A DNA stretch of 64,000 bases from Pyrodictiaceae archaeon. GTDB taxonomy: Archaea > Thermoproteota > Thermoprotei_A > Sulfolobales > Pyrodictiaceae. The notes beneath the pieces were generated by a model. The model saw only the letters and a list, made by a program, of their open reading frames with translations. It did not search any database and was not told where the DNA came from. This document shows, one piece after another, positions 29,769 through 40,338 of this stretch. The stretch lies in assembly GCA_027036135.1 (NCBI GenBank), contig JALVSY010000007.1:452880-516879 (forward strand), written 5' to 3'. The stretch's first letter is position 1, and each line of letters starts with the position of its first letter. A program made the position numbers and the translations under genes.

Positions 29769-30332
29769 GTGCAGTGCTTGATACAGATTGGAGTAGCTGC
29801 TTACTCGGGCAACCCTGGGTCGGAGCTAGTGAAGCGCTGCGAGGCGTTTGTCGACGAGCTTGTGAAGAGGTGTGGCAGGGATAAGCTAGTGCTCCTCCTA
29901 GGCGGTTACTGGGGGCTTATGCGCTGCGTAGTTGACCGCGCCCTTGGGCACGGTGTCTCCGTGGTGCTGTTTCCGCCCATTGACCGGGAGGACCTTGGCT
30001 ACCCCGACGAAGTAATCGTTGTCCGTACTTCTTCGGGGCCCCGGCTCCGCAGCATCTACCTCGTTAGGAGCAGCGATGTCCTCGTAGCTCTCGGCGGCGG
30101 GGCTGGCACTTTGCAGGAGATAGTGACCGCGTATACCGAGGCCAAGCCAGTATACGTTCTAGCAGGAACAGGTCTCGCAACCGATAAGGCGAGGGGGTGC
30201 ATCGAGCCCTACATCGATGAGAGGAGAACCACTCCAATAACCTTCGTCGAGGACCCCGCGGAGCTCGCCCACCGGGCCTGCGTCGAGGCAAAGATGGCCG
30301 CTGGTAGGCGCCTCCTACCCCAACGCGGCTAG
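29769..30332 (+). CDS. LOG/TIGR00725-family Rossmann-fold protein
   Basis: GGYWGLM, SDVLVALGGGAGTLQE. Confidence 0.85.
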   Translation: MQCLIQIGVAAYSGNPGSELVKRCEAFVDELVKRCGRDKLVLLLGGYWGLMRCVVDRALGHGVSVVLFPPIDREDLGYPDEVIVVRTSSGPRLRSIYLVRSSDVLVALGGGAGTLQEIVTAYTEAKPVYVLAGTGLATDKARGCIEPYIDERRTTPITFVEDPAELAHRACVEAKMAAGRRLLPQRG

Positions 30333-30878
30333 TAGCTGCTGAGCCCTCTCAAGCGCCCCCGTGATAACGGGGTCCCTGGAGCCCCTCCAAGCCCTTATGA
30401 ATTCCTCCAGCTCTTTCCTTGTCTCTGCTAGTAGTCTCTCCTCGTGCCTCTTGCCGAGGGGCTTCTCTGCCTGCAGCTTCGGGCCTCCCTCCATGAAGCC
30501 CTCCGGGAAGTACCAGTCCTTAAACCAGCGGAACCCCCTGATGAATAGCTCGTAGCCTAGCCGGGTAGCCGGGGCAGGCACACCTAGCTCCAGGGCCCGC
30601 ATGGTCTCCTCGTCATAGAGGTACTCTATGAACAACCTCTCCCCGGGCCCAAGGCTCGCCGAGACAGCGTCGAGGACGCGTGCCTCTAGCTCGCTGCCCG
30701 GGAACACGAGGGAACCCCTACCGAGGTGTAGCTCGCGCTTAGCCCCGAAGACCTCTATCCACGCCCTGTAGAACTCTCCGCGGCCAAGAAATACGAGAAG
30801 GTAGAGAACAGTCTCCTCACCACCATCCCTAATGACTAGGCGCGGCCGAAGAGTCTCCCTTATCCCGCCCCCTGCCAA
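30315..30878 (-). CDS. DUF1122-family protein
   Basis: P..TRLGYEL...GFRWFKDWYFPEGFMEGGPKLQAEKP. Confidence 0.85.
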   Translation of the reverse strand: MAGGGIRETLRPRLVIRDGGEETVLYLLVFLGRGEFYRAWIEVFGAKRELHLGRGSLVFPGSELEARVLDAVSASLGPGERLFIEYLYDEETMRALELGVPAPATRLGYELFIRGFRWFKDWYFPEGFMEGGPKLQAEKPLGKRHEERLLAETRKELEEFIRAWRGSRDPVITGALERAQQLLAALG

Positions 30879-31019
30879 GCTTCTCGAGAGATAAGCGGTA
30901 ATCCCCTAGCCACAGCCCATCTAGCTCCGCGACAAGCACCTCAGAATCCATTGTTCCCCTCCCTCATAGACGTAAGAATGAGGTAACTGCCCCTCTAAAT
31001 TACATATATGTAGAAACAA

Positions 31020-31330
31020 GGGAATAGAGACGCTGAAGCCGAAGAAGCATTACATGGTAACGCAGTACTAAGACAACTAAACAACAACGGCATGCTAGAC
31101 CTCCTACTAGTACTAACAGACATGGACGTTTCCCAGAGAGTAGTAGGCATTGCCGCAAGCACCGGGGTCTTCAAGATAACGGACTACCTCAACGAGTCAC
31201 CAACGAGGCTATCCTAGCTACTAGACGCCCTAGAAGAACCAGCAGAGCCGATCGGTGTCTACAAGCACTCCGGGACCTAGAAGTAGCAAAGGGGCTGGCA
31301 AGGATGATAAAAAATACTCATAATAGGCTC
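31020..31330 (+). pseudogene. Degraded DUF1641-like gene
   Basis: Fragments in shifting frames: LRQLNNNGMLDLLLVL ... EEPAEPIGVY / ALRDLEVAKGLARMIK. Confidence 0.55.
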
Positions 31331-31491
31331 ATGGTGACAGGGAGAACACTCAATCGCTTTTCTCCAGGCCCTAGCACAGCCCTTCTCCCTAGGACCAGTC
31401 ATAGAGCATAGCTCGTTCTTAGTAGAAAAGTGAAAGAAACTGTTATTCGGTTTCACTGTGCTCGTCTCCTCCTAGGACGTGGTGATCCTTT

Positions 31492-31692
31492 GTGAACGAT
31501 GAGTGTGTAGAAGAGTGTCTCTCTGAAAGGGTTAGGAAGTGGCGAAGGCTTGCGCTAGCCACTAGTGCTGAGCTCTTCTCGGAGGAAGCCGGTGATGAGT
31601 GGAAGTGGATGAGCAGGGAATACGCGGAGCACAAGCTAGGGCTACACCAGGGCAAGGAGAGCATGATCCTAGGCAGAGACGCGACGGGGTAG
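31492..31692 (+). CDS. Small hypothetical protein
   Basis: 66-aa ORF with GGTGA upstream; helical, charged. Confidence 0.4.
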   Translation: MNDECVEECLSERVRKWRRLALATSAELFSEEAGDEWKWMSREYAEHKLGLHQGKESMILGRDATG

Positions 31693-31709
31693 CATAGGGG
31701 GTAGGGGGC

Positions 31710-32438
31710 TTGTGCTCGTGGTCTATGTGTGGGTTCCTTGAGAGCCTTTACCGCGGCCTCGGTAGCGGCGTGGGCTGCTTCGTTGAGCCCCTTGTCGCTG
31801 AGCACAACCGCTGCTACGTTAACACTAACTTGCTCGGCGCCCACGCGCTCCGGGTCTGCGGCTCAAGCCTAGCGAGCCGGGTCGAGGCCTTCGCTAAGCG
31901 GTTCCGGGGCCTCAGGCTCTGTCGCTACCGGGTACTCTGGAGAGAATCGATCCCCTACCCGCCCCGCGTCGCTAAACGGGTCGGGCTAGGAGCAGTGAGG
32001 AGCACTGCTGGGGAACAACTACTAGTACTAGCCGATACCTGTGGCCTCATACTACCCGACTGGAAGAGCTACGCAGACCTCCTAGCACTCGGAGCACTAG
32101 AGAAGCTAAGATAATACAGCTACCCCACAGCATGGAGTCTCCACAAAGAGCTGCTCGGGATGTGGAGCCGCAGCGGGTTCCGCGACAAAGCATACGCAGC
32201 GACCAGGGCTCTACGAGACCTACAAGCTAGCACTCTACTACTTCCTAGCCAGAGCCCTAAGAGAGAACAACCATGTCACGAAGCGGATACGGGTCCATAT
32301 ATGCCGGCTAACCAGGAGAAACGGCGGCGTAGCTATGCACTACGGCGGCTCGCTGAGGAGAGACTCGACGCGAACCTAGAGACCACAGCGCTAACTATAA
32401 CTACTCAGATAAATTCCCATGCTCAGCATGGTTTATGA
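31710..32438 (+). pseudogene. Disrupted archaeal hypothetical gene
   Basis: ORFs at 31710 and 32160 are in frame across a single TAA (32112-14). After GFRDKAY a shifted frame reads YETYKLALYYFLARAL..GGVAMHY, then returns to DANLETTAL. Confidence 0.6.
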
Positions 32439-32670
32439 GGAGGATGTATTACCGCTCAGTATAAATGAGCATGACGAGGAAAATATATGGGATACGAGCA
32501 GTCTCTAATTCCTCTTCAAGACTAGAAAAATAATAGGAGATAAGGATTAGTTACTTAGTCGAGGCGTTTCTTAGTGTTTTAATGAATCCTTATATTTTGC
32601 TGATGGGTGTATGGAGCTATTATAGTAATTTATCTTAATCTTGTACAAAGACTCTATGCGGGGCTAGGTA

Positions 32671-33795
32671 TTGGTTTTACAAAGATCGGAGAAAGAATGT
32701 ATTGCTATGGTACATGTTAACTATATCGTTAGGCCTAGGACTGGCGGAGAGTACGTATATCGTGTTATCCATGATGAGTTGAAAAGACGCGGTTACCGGG
32801 TAATCAATGTATCAAAGACCGAGCTCGTGGAGAGACTTTGTAGGTGCAGAGAAAAGAAGTCACCGTATATTAGGAACATAGCCAGCGCAGCAGCAGAGAT
32901 ACCGGCCCGACTATACTGCTATCTAGCTAGCATCTATTTTCTTCGGAAAAAGGGGTGCATCGTCATAACTTCCTCGGCGCCTGGCTTTCCCGTCTTAGGC
33001 GATATAACATATCATCAGCCCTTCTCCGGCGTAGGTTTCTGGAGGGAATACATCAAGCCTACGCCGAGAGACATAGTAATGAAGAGCCTTGATGCATTAT
33101 CATCGCCCCTCTGGGAGGTTACTAAGCATCGATTAATACATATCAGTAATAGTAAGTTCACTGCTCGCCTAGTCAAGAAGACATATGGTGTAGACTCTAT
33201 CGTAATTTATCCGCCTGTGCCAGCAAAGAAACTAGTAAGGAGAGTATAAAACGGACAGAGACCTAGGGATTGCATATTAGTGACGAGACTTACCTATGAT
33301 GGAGGAGCACTCCTCCTCCCTCTTATAGCTAGGCATCTTCCGAGAAACATCAAGGTGCGGATAATCGGTAGAATAGATGATACGGGCAGGAATGTGCTAA
33401 GAGAGCTGAAGAGGCTAGACATCAATCATGCTTATCTCGGCTTTGTGGACGAAAATACCAAACAAGAGCTACTAGGTAAGTGTAATGTGTTCCTCCACTT
33501 AGGCGTCAACGAGCCCTTTGGAATAGCTGTCGTAGAGGCCATGGCATCGGGATTAATCCCGATAGCTCATCGAAGCGGAGCCATACCAGAATACATGCCT
33601 AGAGAACTAACATACATTTACCCCGAGGAAGCCGCCCAGAAAATAGCCCAAATCTTAGAGACGAGCCCCACTAGCCTAGACGAGCTGAGAAACAGTCTAC
33701 GCCAACGTGCGCTCAGATTCGACGAGGAGATTTTTAGAGCAAAAATGGCTTACACAATAAAGCTACTCGTTAAAACTAGACAAGAGCAATTATAG
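32671..33795 (+). pseudogene. GT4 glycosyltransferase interrupted by an in-frame TAA (33247-49)
   Basis: N-half GGE, SNSKFT, VIYPPV and C-half EPFGIAVVEAMASG are in the same frame and otherwise open. Confidence 0.8.
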
Positions 33796-33903
33796 TAATA
33801 GAATCTCGATATAAGACGGAACCTGGCCGAAAGGCTATAGACTGGACAAATCTATATGATAGCATCCTAGCATTTTGGAGAGGGGTTTACGAGGAGCGAT
33901 AAG

Positions 33904-35040
33904 TTGTCGAGAAGGAAGCGTGCCTGCATAGTGCATAACTCTATGAATATTACTGGCGGCGGCGAGCGCCTAGCAATGGCTGTCCTTGAGGCGTTGAAGG
34001 AGCTGGGGTACCGGGTAACGCTCATAACGACTGAGCCCACGAACTGGGAAAAGGTTGACCGCGTATATGGTGGCCGTGCTCCCCGGCCCGATGAGGAGTT
34101 CAGTGTCCTTCCTTTCCCCGTCCGCACCTTCGGCATATATATGAGGCTCCTCACAGCCCTAGGCCTCCTGGCTAAGAGAAAAGAATGCGACCTAACAATT
34201 AATACTCATGGCGATGTACTCCCTCTGTCAACCGATATAGTCTACATGCACTTCCCGACCTTCGCCGTGCTCCGCGAGAGCCCCAGCAACGCCAAGTACT
34301 CAAAGTCCCTATTCTGGAGGCTTTACTTCGCTCCATACGAGGCAATTCAAGGTTTCCTCGCGAAACGCATGAGCTGGAGAATCCTCCTCACGAACTCTGA
34401 GTATTCGCGCGACGTTATACGCAAATACGTAGGAGCCAACGCGCTAGTAGTCTACCCCCCGGTAAACATAGATGAGTTCCTGGAAGCAAGTAAGACACCG
34501 CCAGAGAAGAGAGAAGATATAGTAGTGGCATGCGGCAGATTCACGCCAGAGAAACGACACGACTTCGTCCTAGAAGTAGCCGAGCATTTGCCGGACGTGG
34601 AGTTCCACATAGTGGGGGCCTCGAGCGGCAAAGTCTCACCACCCTACATCGCAAAACTAAGAAAAATAATAGAGAAGAAACACCTGCGTAACGTAAAGCT
34701 CCACGTAGACTACCCGCGACGAGACCAAGTAAAACTATACTCAAGAGCCAAGGCCTACATACACGCAATGATAGGCGAACACTTCGGAATAGCTGTCGTA
34801 GAGGCCATGGCGGCAGGCCTAGTACCAGTAGTACATATGAGCGGAGGGCCCTGGAACGACATAATATACCACGGCAAATACGGCTACGGATACCATAGCC
34901 TAGAAGAAGCAGGAGCAGCCATAGAAAAAGCCCTCAGGAATTACCAAGCGCTAAGGGAGAAAGTGATTAACAGGGCAAAGGAATTCTCGTACCAAAGATT
35001 CAAAAAACGCATAAAGAGAATAGTAGAAACAATTAATTAG
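33904..35040 (+). CDS. GT4 glycosyltransferase (Alg11-like)
   Basis: GGGERL, NSEYS, YPPV, RFTPEKRH, EHFGIAVVEAMAAG, HMSGGP. Confidence 0.93.
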   Translation: MSRRKRACIVHNSMNITGGGERLAMAVLEALKELGYRVTLITTEPTNWEKVDRVYGGRAPRPDEEFSVLPFPVRTFGIYMRLLTALGLLAKRKECDLTINTHGDVLPLSTDIVYMHFPTFAVLRESPSNAKYSKSLFWRLYFAPYEAIQGFLAKRMSWRILLTNSEYSRDVIRKYVGANALVVYPPVNIDEFLEASKTPPEKREDIVVACGRFTPEKRHDFVLEVAEHLPDVEFHIVGASSGKVSPPYIAKLRKIIEKKHLRNVKLHVDYPRRDQVKLYSRAKAYIHAMIGEHFGIAVVEAMAAGLVPVVHMSGGPWNDIIYHGKYGYGYHSLEEAGAAIEKALRNYQALREKVINRAKEFSYQRFKKRIKRIVETIN

Positions 35041-35057
35041 CGTTCTAGGGGACAAAA

Positions 35058-36167
35058 ATGAAGATAGCTATTATACATCCGGATATCAATGTCATGGGGG
35101 GCGGCGAGCTAGTATGTTTCCTTATGGCAAAGTCATTATTAGAAAAGGGGTATAGTGTAAGTATACTTACAGCCAAAGAACCAGACAAAACAGAGGCATT
35201 TAGAAGATTTGGTATAGACATCGATGAGTTCGATATAATAGTGAAAAGACCTTTTCTTGACAAGTTCTTGGAGATTAGCGGTAAGTTCGTCGGCTACAGA
35301 TGGGCTAGTATCCTTAATGCACTCTTTAAGGAGGCGAAGAACGGGGGGTACGATATAATAATTGATACACAGACAAACATGCTTACAAAAAGCGATATAG
35401 TTTACATTCACTATGTAAGCTCTATCAAGCTTAGACGGGGACTCTTAACCACCTTGTATAATAGTCTTATTAAGAGAAAGCTTGAAAGAATCCTAGGAAA
35501 TCCTAGAGTGCTACTCACTAATAGTAGTTGGACTGCAAGGCAGGTTAGGGAGCGTTTTGGCAGGGATTCGTTGGTTGTTTATCCTCCGGTTGATGTTAAT
35601 TATTATATGAAGGCATGGAGTAATACTAGTAGGGATAGAGTTGTTGTTACGGTATCTAGGCTTGATCCTGTAAAGAGGCTTGATTCCATAGTGGATATAG
35701 CTAGTATGGTGAAGGATTATACCTTTATAATACTTGGTGCTAGTTTTAGGGATCATGAAAGTGTCGTAGCTAAGATCAAAGAGAAGATGGATAGGCTTAG
35801 AGTAAATAATGTAAAGTTGATCATTGATGCTCCGCGCGATGAGAGGCTGGGTATAATGGCGAGGGCGCGGTATTATGTGCATCCACCGTTTCCCGAGCCC
35901 TTTGGAATAGCTGTTGTTGAGGCTATGGCGGCAGGCCTAGTACCGATAATTTACCGGAATAGTGGTACTTGGATTGATGTAGTATCAAAGGTTTCCAGTC
36001 TCTTAGGTTATAATCATGTAAATGAAGTGCCTAAGATAATTAGGACGCTTGATAATAATGACGAGCTTTATCGTGCAATAAGGAATAAGATACAATTAAT
36101 TATAAGAGATTTTAGCTACGAGAGCTTCAGTAAGAAGATACTCAACGTAATAAAAACCTTAGAGTAG
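35058..36167 (+). CDS. GT4 glycosyltransferase
   Basis: GGGELV, TNSSWT, YPPV, EPFGIAVVEAMAAG. Confidence 0.93.
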   Translation: MKIAIIHPDINVMGGGELVCFLMAKSLLEKGYSVSILTAKEPDKTEAFRRFGIDIDEFDIIVKRPFLDKFLEISGKFVGYRWASILNALFKEAKNGGYDIIIDTQTNMLTKSDIVYIHYVSSIKLRRGLLTTLYNSLIKRKLERILGNPRVLLTNSSWTARQVRERFGRDSLVVYPPVDVNYYMKAWSNTSRDRVVVTVSRLDPVKRLDSIVDIASMVKDYTFIILGASFRDHESVVAKIKEKMDRLRVNNVKLIIDAPRDERLGIMARARYYVHPPFPEPFGIAVVEAMAAGLVPIIYRNSGTWIDVVSKVSSLLGYNHVNEVPKIIRTLDNNDELYRAIRNKIQLIIRDFSYESFSKKILNVIKTLE

Positions 36168-36271
36168 TCCTTGACTGGTGAATATAAATACCCCTTAGTT
36201 ATGTAGGCATAAAGGGACAAAGTAGCCTATAGCTATGCACGATGACTAATTCCCGGGGCCCAGCCGGAGCC

Positions 36272-36721
36272 ATGACGCTGTTGGCGATTGTTTTGGAGAG
36301 GCTAGGATCGCTATACGCCGAGGCGTCGGAGGGAGCATTGTGTCTTGCTGAGCGTGTGCTGGCTCCGGCTGGGCCTATACCGCGTAGGGCTGTTCGTGGT
36401 CTCTTGGGTCGTGCTCTCCGCAACGGTGCTTGGAGAGCCCTGCCCTGGGAGACCCGGGCCCTCCTCCTAGCCACGGCCCGTGCCCCGGTGCGGGTCTATC
36501 GCTCCCCCGTGTTGCTCGCCCTGCTCCGCCGTGCGTGGCTGCTCGTGGAGCTAGCGACTATGCGTGGGAAAGCCGTGGTAGCAGCACTAACGCACCTCCT
36601 AGCGAGGGGCGTGGCTCAGGGGCTCTACTCGTTGCTCCGGAGAGGCCTAGACAAACTCATAGCTATAGGGATCCAGGTACTAAACAACCCCTGGCTGCAG
36701 AGAATAATCCCCGCGACGTAG
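36272..36721 (+). CDS. Basic helical hypothetical protein, copy 1
   Basis: Paralog of 48421..48852; shared GGGCCCAGCCGGAGCCATG start context fixes the start at 36272. Confidence 0.75.
   Translation: MTLLAIVLERLGSLYAEASEGALCLAERVLAPAGPIPRRAVRGLLGRALRNGAWRALPWETRALLLATARAPVRVYRSPVLLALLRRAWLLVELATMRGKAVVAALTHLLARGVAQGLYSLLRRGLDKLIAIGIQVLNNPWLQRIIPAT
36602..36696 (+). repeat. 95-nt near-identical repeat, second copy at 48751..48845
   Basis: Manual alignment shows 2 mismatches in 95 nt. Confidence 0.9.
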
Positions 36722-36977
36722 GGCATCCTTGGAGCTAGCCGTCATGGGCCGAGTAATTGTAGTTATTCTCAACAAGGGTTTGGAGCTATAGGGGAGTATA
36801 GGAGTAATAGGGATTGGGCTCCAAAGTAGCATCTCGTGGTAGGCTGGAAGCAAAGATACTGATTACACGTATAATGATGATGGATTTTTGAGGGATTCAT
36901 ATGTATCTTGGCCTAGAGCGAACGAATAGCAAGGCTGGAGGAGGCCCATACGCCTCCCTCTGTAGGAGTGTGATTGT

Positions 36978-37262
36978 GTGCGCATAGTATTTACCGAGCA
37001 TGCTCTCCGGCGCATGGAGGAGCGCGGGGTCACAAGAGAGGACGTCTACGAGGTTCTCGGGGAGCCGGACGAGCTACTACTTGACACCGAGACTGGTCGC
37101 CTCGTCGCGGTAAAGTACGGTGCTGGGCTCTGCGTGGTAGCAGACATCACGGAGGACGTAGCGAAGGTAGTGACGGTGCTAATTAACAGCAACCTAGAAA
37201 GGCTCGTAGAGCGTAGGAAGAGAAAGGGAAGGTGGGCTCCATGGCTGAGGAGACAAGACTGA
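36978..37262 (+). CDS. DUF4258-family protein (RelE-like putative toxin)
   Basis: IVFTEHALRRMEERGVT...VVTV. Confidence 0.85.
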   Translation: MRIVFTEHALRRMEERGVTREDVYEVLGEPDELLLDTETGRLVAVKYGAGLCVVADITEDVAKVVTVLINSNLERLVERRKRKGRWAPWLRRQD

Positions 37263-37522
37263 TCGAGTACGACCCTGAAGCCGATGTGCTTACGGTGAAC
37301 CTCCAACCCGGGAAGAGGATAGCTAGAGACATACTGCTTGACAACGACGTGGTAGTCTCGGTTGACGAGAACGGTGAGGCCATACAAGTACAGATCCTGG
37401 ATGCTAGCCGCCGCGGCCTCCTCCAAGCACTAATAAAGCTCTATAGGCACAAGAAAGCCCTATTACAACTACTCATGGAGGCGGAGCGCCGCGAAACAAG
37501 CCGACAAACCAGCACAGGGTAG
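37232..37522 (+). CDS. DUF2283-family protein (putative antitoxin)
   Basis: YDPEADVL...D.NG....QILDAS. Confidence 0.85.
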   Translation: MGSMAEETRLIEYDPEADVLTVNLQPGKRIARDILLDNDVVVSVDENGEAIQVQILDASRRGLLQALIKLYRHKKALLQLLMEAERRETSRQTSTG

Positions 37523-37702
37523 TAAGCCGAGAGTGCGCTGCCAGCGAGCCAGTAGCTACACTAGCTCATTGATTGCCTCATAGTAGTTATCTCTAATCCT
37601 AAAGCAGGGCAAAGGTCATGGCTAGAGTTATGGGCGAGGCGCCGGGTGCGAGGATCTAATGGTGGATTGTCCTCGTGGCGTACAGAGACGTTGACTAGAC
37701 GT

Positions 37703-37769
37703 GTTCATAGCTATAGGCGCCCAGGTTCTCAACAATCCCTGGCTACAGAGAATAATCCCGGCGACGTGA
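37703..37769 (+). pseudogene. 3' remnant (third copy) of the 36272 gene
   Basis: Reads FIAIGAQVLNNPWLQRIIPAT*, matching the C-terminus of 36272..36721. Confidence 0.8.
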
Positions 37770-37824
37770 CTGGTAGGCGTTATTAGGTGCGCAGTAGTCG
37801 AGAGTACCCCTAGGTAGCAAATAA

Positions 37825-38220
37825 GTGGGCAAGTCAGCCTTAGCGCTTCCTTGGGAGAGAAGGGCTATGGGCCATGTCTGGGTTAGAGTCCGAGTAGGCG
37901 ACCCAGAGAAGAGAAGGATAGTGGAAGTCACAGCCCTAGTTGATACAGAAGCAACATTAACTGTGATTCCGCGAGACTTAGCAGAAAAGCTAGGGCTAAG
38001 GGTAACTGGTAAGGTATCGGCTACAACAGCTACTGGTAAGGTGGTGCTTGACCGCACTAGGGTATGGCTAGAGCTAGAGGATCGAGAAGAGATAGTGCCA
38101 GCAGTCATATCTGATACGATAGACAAGGTGCTCATAGGGGTTACTGCCTTAGAGATCCTAGGGCTACAAGTGGACCCCGTTACTGGGAAGCTAAGGGAAT
38201 GGACAATATTGCTGTACTAG
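37825..38220 (+). CDS. Retropepsin-like (clan AA) aspartyl protease, variant active site
   Basis: ALVDTEAT (normally DTGA), LIGVTALEILGLQVDP; start probably at MGHVWV. Confidence 0.85.
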   Translation: MGKSALALPWERRAMGHVWVRVRVGDPEKRRIVEVTALVDTEATLTVIPRDLAEKLGLRVTGKVSATTATGKVVLDRTRVWLELEDREEIVPAVISDTIDKVLIGVTALEILGLQVDPVTGKLREWTILLY

Positions 38221-38296
38221 GCTGCCGAGACGAGGCGTGCATAGGAGAGTATTGGCTAGAAACCCAGGCCCCCTGCCTTCTGGTAGTGTTTGAGTT

Positions 38297-39319
38297 TTGA
38301 AGAGGGTTAGGCTTCGATTCGCTCGCGGCGTTGAGGTAGAGTTTGTGGATCGTGATAGGGCTGTTAGGCAGGTTAGCGGTATTGCTGAGAGGGGTACTAG
38401 GTTCCCTTTGGTGGTCTATGGCCCAGAGGGTTGTGGGAAGACTGCGCTGCTTAGACAAGCTGGCGCTATTTTCGAGGAGCATGGTTACAGCGTTGTGTAT
38501 GTTGATCCCTTGGCGGAGAGTGTAGGTGATGCGCTGCACTACACCGGGCCCCTCCGCGACATTGTCAGAGAGGTGTTGGGGTTATTCCCGGAGCCTTACT
38601 CGAGGATAGTGGACGCAGCGATAAGGATTATTGGCGAGGCGATGAGGAGGCTCCGGAGGCCCCGCGTGGCCCTCTTACTTGATGACTTATTCCAGGCTGT
38701 GGGGCCTGGGGTGGCGGAGAGGTATGTTAAGGCATTGCTTAATCTCATCGAGTACCCGCCCGGGGACTATGAGAGCATAGTAGTCATGGTCTCGTCTAGC
38801 GAGGGGGCTACTAGGAAGACTATAGGGAGGCATAGCTGGGCATCGCCACGGCTACTCTGGAACATGAGCAAAGATGGCTTCGCAGAGCTCTACGACAAAG
38901 TACCAGGCCCCAAGCCTGGCTACGAGGAGGCCTGGAGACTAGCCGGGGGGAACCCTAGGTACCTAGGAAAACTCTACGAAGCCAACTGGGACCCAGCCCC
39001 CGTCATAGACGAGATAGCGAGGACCCGTGGCCTCGAAGCACTAGCCAAGACCCTGGGCACGAGGGAACGGGAACTTCTCCAAGCCATGCTCAGCGACCCG
39101 GACACGTTGTTCGAGAGACTCGGTGAACCAGAGGCCCAGAGACTCGCTGAGAAACTAGTAGAGCTAAACATGATCGTGGAGCTCTGGGATAGGAACGAGT
39201 GGCTCTGGATAGATACCCCGCCACCCGAGAAGGACCCCGGCCTAGGCATAGGTAGGCACTACGCCTGGCAGACACCACTACACAGAGAAGCAATGCGGAA
39301 AGCACTAGGACATGAATAA
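38297..39319 (+). CDS. Archaeal ATPase (STAND/AAA-like), copy 1
   Basis: FVDRD, YGPEGCGKT, LLLDD, SSSEG, GGNPR. Confidence 0.9.
   Translation: MKRVRLRFARGVEVEFVDRDRAVRQVSGIAERGTRFPLVVYGPEGCGKTALLRQAGAIFEEHGYSVVYVDPLAESVGDALHYTGPLRDIVREVLGLFPEPYSRIVDAAIRIIGEAMRRLRRPRVALLLDDLFQAVGPGVAERYVKALLNLIEYPPGDYESIVVMVSSSEGATRKTIGRHSWASPRLLWNMSKDGFAELYDKVPGPKPGYEEAWRLAGGNPRYLGKLYEANWDPAPVIDEIARTRGLEALAKTLGTRERELLQAMLSDPDTLFERLGEPEAQRLAEKLVELNMIVELWDRNEWLWIDTPPPEKDPGLGIGRHYAWQTPLHREAMRKALGHE
39181..39276 (+). repeat. 96-nt near-identical repeat, second copy at 47967..48062
   Basis: Manual alignment shows 2 mismatches in 96 nt. Confidence 0.9.
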
Positions 39320-39332
39320 CTAGAGACAAGAC

Positions 39333-40127
39333 ATGGTGAATGGGTGGCGGAGGGAGTTCCCTGGCTTGAAGCGTGTGGTCGCAGCCATATTGGCTGGTGG
39401 GGAGGGTCGGAGGTTCCGGCCCTATACAGAGATTATCCCGAAGCCCATGATACCTGTGGGGCCGGAGGAGAAGCCCATCCTCGAGCATATTGTGGTGTGG
39501 CTTGTCCGGCACGGGCTACGGGACATAGTGGTTCTCGCCGGGTATCGGTGGAGGCAGATAAGGAACTATTTCCGCGACGGAGGCTACTGGGGCGCCAGGA
39601 TAAGGTACAGCATAGACACGCCGGAGTACAGCGACACTGGCGGCGCCCTACTAAACGCTTATAGGCAGGGACTCTTCGACGGCGCCGACCACGTACTTGT
39701 CTGGTACGGCGATATACTAGCACCCCTGGATATAAGAGAGCTCCTAGACAAGCACATAGGCATCAACGCTGACGCGACACTAGCCCTCGCCGACCGCTAC
39801 CAAGTCCCAGTAGGCGTGGCGAAGCTAAGAGGAGACGATGTGGTTGAGCTAGTTGAGAAGCCCTGGCTAGACATAAACGTGACAATAGGGATACTCGCGC
39901 TCAGAAAAACCGTGCTCTCCGAGGCCGAGAAGAGCCTCGGCAAGAGCTTCGACATAATGACGCACCTAGTCCCCTGGATGATAAAGAACGGGAAACGAGT
40001 CAAGGCCTATACCTACCGGGGCCCCTGGTACGACGTAGGAAGCATGGAGAGATACGCGAAACTAGACCACAACAACCTAGCAGGATTCCTAGCCCCACAG
40101 AGCGCCACGAATGAGAGGAGAGGATAA
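39333..40127 (+). CDS. NDP-sugar pyrophosphorylase family nucleotidyltransferase
   Basis: ILAGGEGRRFRPYT..IPKPM, DTGGAL, YGDI, EKP, WYDVGS. Confidence 0.93.
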   Translation: MVNGWRREFPGLKRVVAAILAGGEGRRFRPYTEIIPKPMIPVGPEEKPILEHIVVWLVRHGLRDIVVLAGYRWRQIRNYFRDGGYWGARIRYSIDTPEYSDTGGALLNAYRQGLFDGADHVLVWYGDILAPLDIRELLDKHIGINADATLALADRYQVPVGVAKLRGDDVVELVEKPWLDINVTIGILALRKTVLSEAEKSLGKSFDIMTHLVPWMIKNGKRVKAYTYRGPWYDVGSMERYAKLDHNNLAGFLAPQSATNERRG

Positions 40128-40338
40128 AGGAACAAAGCGCTATGGCTTTGAAGCAGTACTCGGTGCATAGATGGCCTCGTGAGGCAAAACATAGGCTTAT
40201 TGGTGTAAGCAGGGCTGGCACGGAAACACCGGTGAGCTAGAGTAAGAAGCGAGGAGAACAGTCTTCTGAGCACATACTATAGCTGGGGGCCTGCTGTGAA
40301 GCCTTACTACGGCTGGCTTCTTTCCCGGGTAGGAGTGT

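Noticed and set aside
32435-32500. ATGAGGA followed by GTATTACCGC (complementary to the 16S 530 loop) as a C/D sRNA
   Set aside because: D' would be CTCA and no convincing terminal D box follows; possibly chance or a decayed sRNA.
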